Part shown: positions 46,655-56,024 of the stretch, piece by piece
Numbering within the stretch: the first letter of the stretch is position 1
How the letters are laid out: every line of letters begins with the position of its first letter
Notes under the pieces: model-generated
Told to the model about the DNA's origin: nothing
Database searches by the model: none
Seen by the model: the letters and a program-made list of their open reading frames with translations, nothing else
Position numbers and translations under genes: made by a program
Assembly: GCA_034669905.1 (NCBI GenBank)
Contig: JAXMOL010000007.1
Span: 96,001 to 160,000, forward strand
DNA length: 64,000 bases
Reading direction: 5' to 3'
Origin: Candidatus Hydrogenedentota bacterium
GTDB lineage: Bacteria; Hydrogenedentota; Hydrogenedentia; Hydrogenedentales; JAEUWI01

Positions 46655-48292
46655 CTAGGCGGGGGCAACGACCCGGATTATCCGGTGCGCCCGAAATACC
46701 TGCCCAAACATGTCGGTCGTTTCGACCTCGATGAGGTGATAGCCGACCTTCATGTTTGCCGGTAGATTGGCCTTCCAGAGGTGGGCGGTTTCGCGGGGCC
46801 CGGGGGTGCTGCGACCCACCAGGTGGGCCCGCTTGTTAAAGCTCTTCTTCAGTGCCTTCGTGTCGGGCGTTTCCACGCCATCCAGTTGGGCGAATTCGGC
46901 CGCGATGGCCATTTCCCGTTCATGATTTGCCACCACATAGGGGTCTTTTCCGTCAAAGCGCGTCATGGGGCGCCACGCTTCCTCACCCTGAAGGCGCATA
47001 CGGGCTGTAGAGCGCTCGGACCCAGCGAATATGTTGGCAATGACCTCCGTATTGCCCGATTCTGCCGGCGTCACCGATTCGGGGGCCGCGATGTGCATTT
47101 GGTAATCTGCCGGGCGGCGGGCCGCTTTGTAGCGAATGCTGTAATCGGCCCCATCAAAGGTAATAATGGCGTAGCCATTGGGCGTGCCATCCGACATGGT
47201 TGTATGAGGGATGCCCAATTCATCGAAGCTGCCGGTCCACCAGGCGCCGCAGGCGGTGCCCTGTACCAGATGATGGTGTTTGTCTTCACGGGGCCAGTCT
47301 TCCGCGGCTCCGAGGAAGAAGTGGCCCTGGCGATGCCAATGGGCCGCGATCGTAAAGTTCTTGGGGAAGGGCTTGAGTAACTCAAACAACTGCGCCCGGT
47401 CCACCACATCCTGCAGCGGGATGTGCATGACTGCCACGACCAGATGATCCTTGGGCACCAACGCCAGGTCCGCTTCAATGAATGCGAGTTGGTCGGCACC
47501 CAGTTCCCCATGATAGCGGCGGTTTTCGACTTCCCAGTAGATGTCGTTTAAGACCAGGAAATGGACCTTGCCATGATTAAAACTGTAGTAGGGCGGGCCG
47601 AATACGCGGGTGTACGTTTCCGCCTCATGGGCGTAGTCCGGGGTGTCGTAATTGATGTCGTGGTTGCCGATAACATGGTGCCAGGGCATGCCCAGGAGGC
47701 CCACGCTCTGTGCAATCTCCGGTTGCATGGCCAGGTTATCAAATACCAGATCGCCCAGGGTGAGACCAAAGGCCGCGTCGACCCCGATCAGTTCTTCCAG
47801 GACGTCATGGGATATGAAATCCACTTCCTGTTGATTACGCGGCTGCGTATCGCCAAAACACACCACGTCGAAACTCCCCGACTCGGACTGGGGGGTCAGG
47901 GGGAAGTCAATGGCCTCTGGCAGATCGCCGGTTGGGGCGATCCCGGGAAACTTGTAGTCCGGCGACCCGGTTGGCCGGTGCACGTAGAAGTGGCGGGGCA
48001 GCGAGGTGACCGGATCGAGCGCCACCTGCCACTGGGAGGGTTTGATGACGAACACGATGCCTTCATCGCCGATCTCCAGCGTGTAGCGGCCCGCCGCGTC
48101 TGTCGCGACGACCGCCGTGCCATTGGATACGCCCACATTGGCGATACCAGGTTCCGAGGCATCACGGGTGCCATTGTGGTTCTGGTCGTGGAAAACCTGC
48201 CCGGAGATGGTAGCGGCCGTTGCGCTGCTCGCACAGAGCAGGGCGGCCAAATAGCGGGAAGGGGCTACCAATGAACGAAAGGGTATCAGCAT
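46655..48292 (-). CDS. Secreted calcineurin-like metallophosphoesterase with N- and C-terminal accessory domains
   Basis: Signal peptide, VFHDQNHNG..D..EPG, FGDTQP, LGDLV, IGNHD, HIP, AHWH, DGTPNGY; start ATG 48292 or TTG 48307. Confidence 0.88.
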   Translation of the reverse strand: MLIPFRSLVAPSRYLAALLCASSATAATISGQVFHDQNHNGTRDASEPGIANVGVSNGTAVVATDAAGRYTLEIGDEGIVFVIKPSQWQVALDPVTSLPRHFYVHRPTGSPDYKFPGIAPTGDLPEAIDFPLTPQSESGSFDVVCFGDTQPRNQQEVDFISHDVLEELIGVDAAFGLTLGDLVFDNLAMQPEIAQSVGLLGMPWHHVIGNHDINYDTPDYAHEAETYTRVFGPPYYSFNHGKVHFLVLNDIYWEVENRRYHGELGADQLAFIEADLALVPKDHLVVAVMHIPLQDVVDRAQLFELLKPFPKNFTIAAHWHRQGHFFLGAAEDWPREDKHHHLVQGTACGAWWTGSFDELGIPHTTMSDGTPNGYAIITFDGADYSIRYKAARRPADYQMHIAAPESVTPAESGNTEVIANIFAGSERSTARMRLQGEEAWRPMTRFDGKDPYVVANHEREMAIAAEFAQLDGVETPDTKALKKSFNKRAHLVGRSTPGPRETAHLWKANLPANMKVGYHLIEVETTDMFGQVFRAHRIIRVVAPA

Positions 48293-48342
48293 GTTGAGGA
48301 ACTCCAAGTTGGAATAGAATAGAACGTCAGGGTGTTAGCCCG

Positions 48343-48375
48343 TTGAACCTACCCCAGCAGGTGTAGTAGGTTCAA
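48343..48375. promoter_or_regulatory. Perfect inverted repeat / symmetric promoter-like element in a divergent intergenic region
   Basis: TTGAACCTAC-N13-GTAGGTTCAA between the phosphoesterase gene and tpx. Confidence 0.55.
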
Positions 48376-48447
48376 GACGGAAAAACTAACCACTACAGCA
48401 AAGTCCGCCCGGAAGGGGGGCTGATGCTAACCCAGGAGAAACCTACC

Positions 48448-48963
48448 ATGAGCGAACGTACCGGTGAATTGACCTTCAAAGGTGGCCCTTTGACCCTCCT
48501 TGGAAGTCGTGTGTCTGTGGGGGCTCCCGCGCCGGAGTTCACCTTGCTGGCCAACGATCTCTCCCCTGTGACGTTGGCAGACTCTGCCGGAAAGGTGCGA
48601 CTGCTCAGTGTGGTGCCCTCCCTCGACACCGGTGTTTGTGATGCCCAGACCCGTCGTTTCAACGAAGCGGCCGCCGAATTGGGCGACAACGTGGTGGTCT
48701 TGACCATCAGTGCTGACCTGCCCTTTGCCCAGGCCCGTTGGTGTGGTGCCGCCGGAGTGGATCAGGTGCAGACCCTCTCTGACCATTTCGACCTTAATTT
48801 CGGAGACAGCTATGGCGTCCACATCAAAGAACTGCGCCTGGATACGCGGGCAATTTTCGTGGTGGATTCCAGTGGCACCATCGTCCATGCGGAATACGTA
48901 CCTGAAATGACCGATCATCCCGACTACGACGCTGCGCTGGCCGCTGCCAAGGCCGCGAGCTAG
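48448..48963 (+). CDS. tpx: Thiol peroxidase (atypical 2-Cys peroxiredoxin)
   Basis: [40 protein letters not shown]; aggag RBS. Confidence 0.96.
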   Translation: MSERTGELTFKGGPLTLLGSRVSVGAPAPEFTLLANDLSPVTLADSAGKVRLLSVVPSLDTGVCDAQTRRFNEAAAELGDNVVVLTISADLPFAQARWCGAAGVDQVQTLSDHFDLNFGDSYGVHIKELRLDTRAIFVVDSSGTIVHAEYVPEMTDHPDYDAALAAAKAAS

Positions 48964-48987
48964 TCGATATTTCAACCGAAATTGGTT

Positions 48988-49036
48988 TCGGGGGCCCCTG
49001 CAACGCCTGGCGTTCGGGGGCCCCCGATCTGTATTT
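48988..49036 (+). terminator. GC-rich hairpin, probable terminator after tpx
   Basis: tcgggggcccc...ggggcccccga stem followed by tctgtattt. Confidence 0.6.
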
Positions 49037-49224
49037 AATGATATTTTCCCTTCCCAGACACGCTAACCCCGTGTATAATAAGGTCTTTCATTGTATGTCG
49101 TGTCGGATTAAGTGACATCGGCCCCCTGATCGGGCGGCAAAACAGGGGCAGAAGGGGCGTGTTTGACGCGTGTGACCGTGAATAGGCATTATATAGGCCC
49201 CAACTGTTGGAGTGAAAAGGCTGC

Positions 49225-49965
49225 ATGAATATGGATTATCAGGCGGGCGATGCCCATCAAGAAAAGCTCGACGCAGATGCCGTCTGTATTCAATGTGGCA
49301 CCGTAAACTCCGAGGGCACCCTGCTTTGCAAGGTTTGTGGTAACAACCTTCGTGATCAGCGTGTTCGTCGTCTCGCCTCGGATCAGGCCCTCGAATCGGC
49401 TACCGCCGGGCCCCGCCGCAAGGTTTGGGCTTCCGCGCTACTCTTCGTGCTGGCGGTGGCGTTAATTATTTCGACCCTCTTCAATCAGGACATGATTGTA
49501 AGCTGGCTTATGGATGTTCAGGCAGGTACCCACCTGGGACCTGCCGATCTCTGGAATGGTGCGCCGAGTACGGCACTGGACGAGCTTGCCGATGGGCTTG
49601 GCGCCGAACTGCCCCCCGAAGAGTTGGCGCTTCAGACACGCGAAGCACCCAGTCCGGGGGACTCTATGAGTGGTAAGTATGTATTGTTTTCAAACGAGCG
49701 CTATGTGGGGGTGGCCAACGTTCGCGAAACAGGAAATTCCCTTCAATTAGTTGCGGTACTGGGTACCGGGGAGGAGCTGCGGGGGCTGGCTACCCTGCAG
49801 GGGGACTATTACGTGATGGTGCCAGAGTCGGGGGGCATCGAATTGGGACGTCGAATTATTGCCGTTCAAGGCGTTGCGTCCCCCGTGGCCAGTGGTGTCG
49901 TAGAATGTGTGGGAGACGACAGCCGAAGCCGCTATACGTGTATGGCCTATCGGCTCCCCGCCTGA
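49225..49965 (+). CDS. Zinc-ribbon single-pass membrane protein of unknown function
   Basis: CIQCG..N......CKVCG, then one TM segment and a beta-rich C-terminal domain. Confidence 0.75.
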   Translation: MNMDYQAGDAHQEKLDADAVCIQCGTVNSEGTLLCKVCGNNLRDQRVRRLASDQALESATAGPRRKVWASALLFVLAVALIISTLFNQDMIVSWLMDVQAGTHLGPADLWNGAPSTALDELADGLGAELPPEELALQTREAPSPGDSMSGKYVLFSNERYVGVANVRETGNSLQLVAVLGTGEELRGLATLQGDYYVMVPESGGIELGRRIIAVQGVASPVASGVVECVGDDSRSRYTCMAYRLPA

Positions 49966-50083
49966 CCCCTCCTTAATTAGCAAAGCCCCAGTCCGGGGAC
50001 CATGGTGCAACACCGACGGCTCGTTGCACCGTATCCCGTTACCCTCGAAAAACCCTGGTGGTTTTTCCGGAGTCTGAAAACCC

Positions 50084-51004
50084 ATGTCAAAACCCGGATT
50101 CATGAATCGGCTCAAGAGCAAGCTGGAGAAGACGCGCACCAATCTGGTGGGCAACGTCAAGCGCGCGATGGGTCGGCCCCACATCGACGAAGAGGCCTTT
50201 ACCGCCCTGGAAGAAACCCTGATCGCAGCCGACGTTGGCGTGAGTACGACCCTCCAGATTGTGGAGGACATGCGCGCCGCCGTCACGGAAAAAAATCTGC
50301 AGGATGGGGAGGCCCTTATTGCCCAGCTGAAGGAAGAGCTCAAGACCCTGCTGGCACCGGGCGATCACGAACTCCATTGGTCGACATCCGAAGGGCCCCA
50401 TGTGACCCTGGTGATGGGCGTAAATGGCTCCGGCAAGACAACGACCACCGGTAAACTGGCGGCAAAGCTCACTTCGGAGGGCAAGAATGTACTGCTGGGT
50501 GCGGCGGACACCTTTCGGGCCGCTGCCGCGGAACAGTTGCAGATTTGGGGCGAGCGGAGTGGTGCGACCGTCATCAGCCACCAGGAGGGTGCCGACCCGG
50601 CTTCCGTCGCCTTTGACGCCGCCGATGCCGCCGTGGCCCGCTCCGTCGACAACCTGCTTATTGATACGGCCGGCCGCCTGCACAACAAAGTAAACCTCAT
50701 GGAAGAACTCAAGAAGATTCAGCGGGTCATCCAGCGTCGGATTCCGGCGGCTCCCCACGAAGTCTTGCTGGTGCTCGATGCCACTACGGGCCAGAACGGT
50801 CTCGAACAGGCCCGTCAGTTTACCGAGGCCATCGCGGTGACAGGTATCATCCTGACCAAGCTGGATGGCACCGCCAAAGGTGGCATGTTGATTGCCATTC
50901 AGCGAGAGCTTGGTATTCCCATCAAGATGATCGGTATCGGCGAGGGGGTGGATGATCTGGATGTCTTCGACGCCGAAGAATTTGTTGAGGCATTGTTCTC
51001 CTGA
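50084..51004 (+). CDS. ftsY: Signal recognition particle receptor FtsY (short form, no acidic domain)
   Basis: GVNGSGKTTT, DTFRAAA, DTAGRL, DATTGQN, TKLDGTAKGG, IGIGE..DDL. Confidence 0.97.
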   Translation: MSKPGFMNRLKSKLEKTRTNLVGNVKRAMGRPHIDEEAFTALEETLIAADVGVSTTLQIVEDMRAAVTEKNLQDGEALIAQLKEELKTLLAPGDHELHWSTSEGPHVTLVMGVNGSGKTTTTGKLAAKLTSEGKNVLLGAADTFRAAAAEQLQIWGERSGATVISHQEGADPASVAFDAADAAVARSVDNLLIDTAGRLHNKVNLMEELKKIQRVIQRRIPAAPHEVLLVLDATTGQNGLEQARQFTEAIAVTGIILTKLDGTAKGGMLIAIQRELGIPIKMIGIGEGVDDLDVFDAEEFVEALFS

Positions 51005-51041
51005 CCCGGTGACCTGCCGTACCCCAATGCGCCCCGGCGGT

Positions 51042-51070
51042 TTGCATCGTTTCGTAACCGGCGGTAGAAT
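51042..51070 (+). promoter_or_regulatory. Putative sigma70 promoter for cysS
   Basis: TTGCAT-N17-TAGAAT. Confidence 0.65.
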
Positions 51071-51127
51071 ACCCCACGCTGTCCCCCCCAAGCATACCCG
51101 TTTCCGCGCCAGGAAGGAGTAGAATCT

Positions 51128-52528
51128 ATGGCCCTGTGTTTTTACGACACACTTTCCCGAAAAAAAGAAGTCTTTGAACCCCTCGAATCCGGGAAGGTGG
51201 GTCTCTACACCTGTGGGCCCACGATCTACAACTATGCCCACATTGGCAATTTCCGGGCCTACATGTTTGAAGATCTGCTGAGCCGCTACCTCCAGTTTCG
51301 GGGGTATCAGGTGCGACACATCATGAACCTGACCGACGTGGAAGACAAGCTCATCCGCACCTGTCGCGAGACGGGGGAGTCGCTTCAAACCCTCACCACG
51401 CGCTATGCCAATGCCTTCTTCGAAGACCTGGATACCTTGGGCATCCAGCGTGCCGAAGCCTATCCCGCGGCCACTGATCACATCGATGAGATGGTGGCTA
51501 TGATCAAAACCCTGCGGGAAAAGGGCCATACCTATGAGGTCGACGGGAGCATCTATTTTCGCCTGAGCTCCTACGAAGACTATGGCAAGCTCAGTCACAT
51601 GGATTTGGAAGAACTGCGTGACGGTGCCAGTGGCCGGGTGGACAATGACGAATATGAGGCCGATTCGGCCCGCGATTTCGTCTTGTGGAAGGCCTATGTC
51701 GAAGAAGACGGCGACGTGTTCTGGGAAACGGAACTGGGGAAAGGCCGTCCCGGGTGGCACATTGAGTGTTCTGCCATGAGCGTCAAATACCTGGGCGAGC
51801 ACTTCGATATCCACTGTGGTGGCGTGGACAATATCTTCCCGCACCACGAAAATGAAATTGCCCAGTCCTGCTGTGCGACGGGGGCGCAGTTCGTCAATTA
51901 CTGGCTTCACTGTGCGCACCTCGTCGTCGACGGGAAAAAAATGTCCAAGTCGCTGGGGAATTTCTATACCCTGCGCGATCTGGTGGAGAAGGGGATCGAC
52001 CCCGTGGCGATACGCTGGGTATTGATTTCCACCCACTATCGTCAACCCAATAACTTCGCCTTTGATGCCGTGGACGCCGCGAAGCAGGCCCTGCAGCGCA
52101 TCCGTGACTTTCGCCGTCGCCTGACCGAGTGTCAGGGGGCCGGGGAAGCGCTCCAGCCTGAGTGCACGGCGTGCGAAGAAGAATTCATCAAGGCGATGGA
52201 TGACGATCTGAATATTTCTGGTGCCCTCGGGGCCGTATTCGAATTTGTACGGGCCGTGAATAAGGCGCTGGACGAGGGACGTGCCGGTGCGGAGGGGGCA
52301 AAGAATGCCCTGGCCCTCCTGGATCGGCTTAATGAGGTCACGGGGCTCTTTGGCGACGCCGATGGCGCAGAGGAGGCCCCCGAAGCGATTATCGCGCTGG
52401 TCAATCAGCGGCAGCAGGCGCGTCGGGACAAGGATTTCGCCCTGGCGGATGAGATTCGTGATCGACTCGCGGCAGAAGGCTGGGTTATCGAAGATACGCC
52501 TGATGGCGCCCGCGTAAAGCGGATATAG
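51128..52528 (+). CDS. cysS: Cysteine--tRNA ligase
   Basis: YTCGPT.Y...[42 protein letters not shown]. Confidence 0.98.
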   Translation: MALCFYDTLSRKKEVFEPLESGKVGLYTCGPTIYNYAHIGNFRAYMFEDLLSRYLQFRGYQVRHIMNLTDVEDKLIRTCRETGESLQTLTTRYANAFFEDLDTLGIQRAEAYPAATDHIDEMVAMIKTLREKGHTYEVDGSIYFRLSSYEDYGKLSHMDLEELRDGASGRVDNDEYEADSARDFVLWKAYVEEDGDVFWETELGKGRPGWHIECSAMSVKYLGEHFDIHCGGVDNIFPHHENEIAQSCCATGAQFVNYWLHCAHLVVDGKKMSKSLGNFYTLRDLVEKGIDPVAIRWVLISTHYRQPNNFAFDAVDAAKQALQRIRDFRRRLTECQGAGEALQPECTACEEEFIKAMDDDLNISGALGAVFEFVRAVNKALDEGRAGAEGAKNALALLDRLNEVTGLFGDADGAEEAPEAIIALVNQRQQARRDKDFALADEIRDRLAAEGWVIEDTPDGARVKRI

Positions 52529-52561
52529 GCGACCGGCGCGGGAACAGGTGAATCCCGGCGG

Positions 52562-52588
52562 GGAACCTTTGCTGTCGCTTCGGGTTTA
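52562..52588 (+). promoter_or_regulatory. Putative ECF sigma-dependent (autoregulatory) promoter
   Basis: GGAAC-N17-GTTTA just upstream of the ECF sigma gene. Confidence 0.5.
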
Positions 52589-52616
52589 AGCAGTGGACGA
52601 TGAGGTTCGCCCCGGT

Positions 52617-53183
52617 ATGAGCGAAATCGAAGATTGGGCGTTGGTAGCCCGCGCGCAGGGGGGCGATATGGACGCCTTCCACGTGCTGATTGTGCGCTAT
52701 CAACGGCCAGTTGTTCATTTCTGTTTTCGCATGCTCCAATCGGAGCAGGACGCGGAAGACGTGGCCCAGGAAGTCTTTGTCCGGGTCTATCGTTATCTGG
52801 GTCGCCTCACGCCACAGGCAAAGTTCTCGACGGTACTCTTCGGTATTGCCCGAAATCTCTGCCTGAATTTTATCCGGGATATGAAACGTCGTGGACGCGG
52901 TATGGGCCAGCCCCTGGATTCCCAGCCTGAGCTGGAGTCCAGCGTGCGCTCGCCGTCTCAGGAAGTCCACCTGAGAGAAGTAGAGGCCTGTATCGCAGCG
53001 GCGATGTCCGAGTTGTCCGATGACCATCGTATGGTGCTGTACCTTCGCGACGTGGAGGGCCTGGATTATGATGGCATCGCCCAGGTTATGAAGTGTCGTA
53101 AGGGCACGGTTCGAAGTCGCTTGGCCCGGGCCCGTGAGCAATTGCGCCAACACCTGATTCACTATGGAGACGACCTGCTATGA
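52617..53183 (+). CDS. ECF RNA polymerase sigma factor
   Basis: LVARAQGGD.DAF..L..RY, DAEDVAQEVF, FST.LF.IARN, GLDY..IA......GTVRSRL.RAR. Confidence 0.93.
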   Translation: MSEIEDWALVARAQGGDMDAFHVLIVRYQRPVVHFCFRMLQSEQDAEDVAQEVFVRVYRYLGRLTPQAKFSTVLFGIARNLCLNFIRDMKRRGRGMGQPLDSQPELESSVRSPSQEVHLREVEACIAAAMSELSDDHRMVLYLRDVEGLDYDGIAQVMKCRKGTVRSRLARAREQLRQHLIHYGDDLL

Positions 53184-53824
53184 GCACGCCCCATGTGCTG
53201 GACGAGTTGTCCGCCTATATCGACGGTGAGAGCCGGAATGCACCGGCGATCGCCCGCCATCTTCAGTCTTGTCCGGAGTGCGCCCGGCGGCATGTGGAAT
53301 TGTCCAAACTCACCCGACACGTCCATGCCCTGCCCGCACCGGAAGTGCTCCCCTCGTTTGCGGCCCGCGTCGTGGCACGTCTTGACCAGGCCGACGCCCC
53401 ACCCCGATGGCATGATCGTTTCCTCGTTCAGCATGCCCTCCCCACGGCCTGGGCCCTGGCCGCCGTGTTGCTCATCGTGGGCACGGCCTATGTCGTCATT
53501 CAGGAGGTGGAATCCCGTTCCGACCTGCCCTCAGTCGCGGAATCATCCCCGGCGCCCGTCGAACCCGACCCGGAAGTCCTCGCCCGTATCCTGGATATGG
53601 GAATTTGGGAAGGGCCCTTCGGTGAAGACGAAGCGGAGGTCGCCGAGGAATCGGTGGATCTCAGCGTGGAACTGCTGATTGATTCCCTGGCCGCCATCGC
53701 GGGGGACGCCGAGACGGGCGAGTGGTACGAAGAGGAAGACCTGATGGCCGTTATGGAGGCCCTGGCCCAGGAAGATGTCCAGGTGTTGAGTGAACTGGCC
53801 CGGAACCACTGGGACGAAGGATAA
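53180..53824 (+). CDS. Zinc-binding (zf-HC2) transmembrane anti-sigma factor
   Basis: H..DELSAYIDGE...HLQSCPEC (HxxxCxxC), one TM, acidic C-terminus; ATGA overlap with the sigma gene. Confidence 0.88.
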   Translation: MSTPHVLDELSAYIDGESRNAPAIARHLQSCPECARRHVELSKLTRHVHALPAPEVLPSFAARVVARLDQADAPPRWHDRFLVQHALPTAWALAAVLLIVGTAYVVIQEVESRSDLPSVAESSPAPVEPDPEVLARILDMGIWEGPFGEDEAEVAEESVDLSVELLIDSLAAIAGDAETGEWYEEEDLMAVMEALAQEDVQVLSELARNHWDEG

Positions 53825-53827
53825 GTG

Positions 53828-54454
53828 ATGAAACGATTGGTAATCACCCTGTTGGTACTGAGCGGCTGGGCAGGTGGTGTGTGGGCGGCGCCCGAATCGC
53901 CTTCCCCGGGCACCCCTTCTGGCAGCAAAGGAAATGCGGAAAGCCGTCAATTGCTCGAGGAAATCCTCATGGCGCGATTGACCCGCGAATTGGCCCTGGA
54001 AGATGAGCAGGCTGTGCTTCTGGTTCGCCATATGACCGAGTTCCGGGATCGTATGGCGGCGCTGCGTCGGGAGCGGGGCGAAAAAATGCGGGCCCTTCGA
54101 CAGGTCGTGCGGGAAAGTAATGACGAATCCCGTATACAGCAGCTGATGGACGAAGTGCGGGCAGTCAATGAAAAGAGCATGGCGGCCCGTAATGACGTGC
54201 TCGACTTTGACGGCTTCGAAATGACTACCTGGCAAAAGGCCCGACTCCTTGTATTTCTCAACGACTTTGAGGCCGACATGCGGCGTCTGTTGCGTCGGGC
54301 ACAGGAACATCGTGCCAAAGAAACGGGCCGCCCCGCGCGGGGAGGCGGCGAAGGGCTTGCCGGGGGGCATCGCGAAGACAAAAGGGGCCCCGCTGCAGGT
54401 TCGAAAGAACCCAACGAAAAGGAAGGCTCGAACGCCCCCGCACCATCCGGTTGA
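53828..54454 (+). CDS. Periplasmic helical protein (Spy/CpxP or heavy-metal-sensor-like)
   Basis: Signal peptide; EL.LEDEQ and MTTWQKA (LTxxQ-like) motifs; Met/Arg-rich helices. Confidence 0.7.
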   Translation: MKRLVITLLVLSGWAGGVWAAPESPSPGTPSGSKGNAESRQLLEEILMARLTRELALEDEQAVLLVRHMTEFRDRMAALRRERGEKMRALRQVVRESNDESRIQQLMDEVRAVNEKSMAARNDVLDFDGFEMTTWQKARLLVFLNDFEADMRRLLRRAQEHRAKETGRPARGGGEGLAGGHREDKRGPAAGSKEPNEKEGSNAPAPSG

Positions 54455-54520
54455 TGTCGCCATCCAATGCTGTGATACCATGCCCATCGACGCGCCCACG
54501 GAAGTTTTAAGGAGTAATCG

Positions 54521-55321
54521 GTGGAATATCTAAACGCAATCCTGTTGGCGGTGGTGGAGGGGATCACAGAATTCTTGCCGGTCAGTAGTACAGGCCATCT
54601 GATTCTCGCCGAATCACTCCTTCAACTCGGCGAAGACAAAGCCTTCACGAACGCCTTTATCGTAATCATTCAGTTGCCCGCGATTCTGTCGGTGTGCATT
54701 TATTTCTGGGCAAAACTGTGGCCCATGAAAGGCGGCACCCTCGATTCAAAAACGGTGGTCCTGTGGGTGAAGGTCATCGTGGCCTTTCTGCCAGCCGTTG
54801 TCTTGGGACTGCTGTTTGACGACGTCATCGAGGCGCTCTTCAACGACACCGCAGTGGCTATCGCGCTGATTGTGGGTGGGATCATCATTCTCCTCGTGGA
54901 ACGACGTACTTATGAGGGAGCAACCGACTCCATTCATGACTTGACGTACAAACAGGCTATCTCCATCGGGTTCTGTCAGTGCCTGGCTATGATTCCGGGC
55001 ACTTCCCGTTCTGGTGCCACCATTGTTGGGGGGCTTCTTCTGGGGGCGAGCCGGTCCGTGGCGGCAGAGTTTTCGTTTTTCCTCGCCATTCCCACCATGG
55101 TGGGTGCGACGACCTACACGATGTACAAGATCACGAAGAACGGATTGGAGTTTACGACCCATCAGTGGACGCTCATTGCCATTGGTTCGATCGTGGCCTT
55201 CCTCGTGGCCTATGCCGTGGTCGCCTTCCTGATGGCATTTATCCAGAAACACTCCTTTAATGTTTTTGGCGTGTATCGAATCGTCATTGGCGTGATCGTG
55301 TTGTTGTTGGTGGCCACCTGA
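54521..55321 (+). CDS. uppP: Undecaprenyl-diphosphate phosphatase (BacA)
   Basis: VEGITEFLPVSSTGHL, IQL.AIL, PGTSRSGATI, AEFSFFLAIP, F..YRI. Confidence 0.97.
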   Translation: MEYLNAILLAVVEGITEFLPVSSTGHLILAESLLQLGEDKAFTNAFIVIIQLPAILSVCIYFWAKLWPMKGGTLDSKTVVLWVKVIVAFLPAVVLGLLFDDVIEALFNDTAVAIALIVGGIIILLVERRTYEGATDSIHDLTYKQAISIGFCQCLAMIPGTSRSGATIVGGLLLGASRSVAAEFSFFLAIPTMVGATTYTMYKITKNGLEFTTHQWTLIAIGSIVAFLVAYAVVAFLMAFIQKHSFNVFGVYRIVIGVIVLLLVAT

Positions 55322-55350
55322 CGGGTCCCTGATTGATAAGGAAATGTGCT

Positions 55351-55800
55351 ATGACCGCCCCGGAAACAGAAGAAGCCTCAGCGGCGTCACAACAGTTGGT
55401 GCTGGCCGGCATTCTCGTGATGCCCCTGGCCTACGTCGTCGCGGCCTACATCCTCCATGCCATTGACGTGCTGCCAACAGAGGGCTTCGCAGCATTGGAC
55501 TCCCAGACCACCCTGCTGCTGGCAGGTGTGTTCCTGCTCTCCTGCATCCTGAGCGCCGTGGTCTCGCCCGTGCTCAAGAAAAAAATCCTGCAGGCCGGCG
55601 AAGTGGAGGGGAGCTTGGATCGTCAGACCCGCTTCAAAGCCTCTATGCTTGCCATGGCGACCTCCGAATCGGGCGCCGCTCTCGGGCTTGTGCTGATCTT
55701 GCTGACCGGCAACTTACTTTATGGCACCCTCTTGTGCGCCCTGTCTTTTGCGGTAACCTGCTTCCACTTTCCACGCCGTCGTTGGTTGGAAGAAGGATAG
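55351..55800 (+). CDS. Hypothetical membrane protein (about 4 TM)
   Basis: Four hydrophobic segments, A.SES motif and C-terminal HFP; aagga RBS. Confidence 0.7.
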   Translation: MTAPETEEASAASQQLVLAGILVMPLAYVVAAYILHAIDVLPTEGFAALDSQTTLLLAGVFLLSCILSAVVSPVLKKKILQAGEVEGSLDRQTRFKASMLAMATSESGAALGLVLILLTGNLLYGTLLCALSFAVTCFHFPRRRWLEEG

Positions 55801-55860
55801 GTGCTTCGTTGGTGCTTCCTGCGTGGACCGCGCTGAGGTGGGGAGTGCATAGGTATTTTG

Positions 55861-55890
55861 TTGACAGTGAGCGTCCGAAAACGCTACAGT
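55861..55890 (+). promoter_or_regulatory. Putative sigma70 promoter upstream of the sugar transferase pair
   Basis: TTGACA-N18-TACAGT; a further TATAAT at about 55916. Confidence 0.55.
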
Positions 55891-56024
55891 TAGGCTGATT
55901 GTGTGTCAGTATTCGTATAATCATGCGCATGGACCTCGGGGGTTGTTTGGCGCCCTTTGGGTCCGCTGTCGAATCACCGTAGGACGTTATCTCTGTATGC
56001 CGTCGCACCACCAGGAAAACTGAC

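Noticed and set aside
51060..51067. GGCGGTAG (ops/RfaH-like motif)
   Set aside because: Overlaps the spacer and -10 box of the cysS promoter and is not in the leader of the glycan operon, where I found no ops
50087..52045. 652-aa minus-strand ORF spanning ftsY and cysS
   Set aside because: Lies opposite two essential genes; typical shadow ORF
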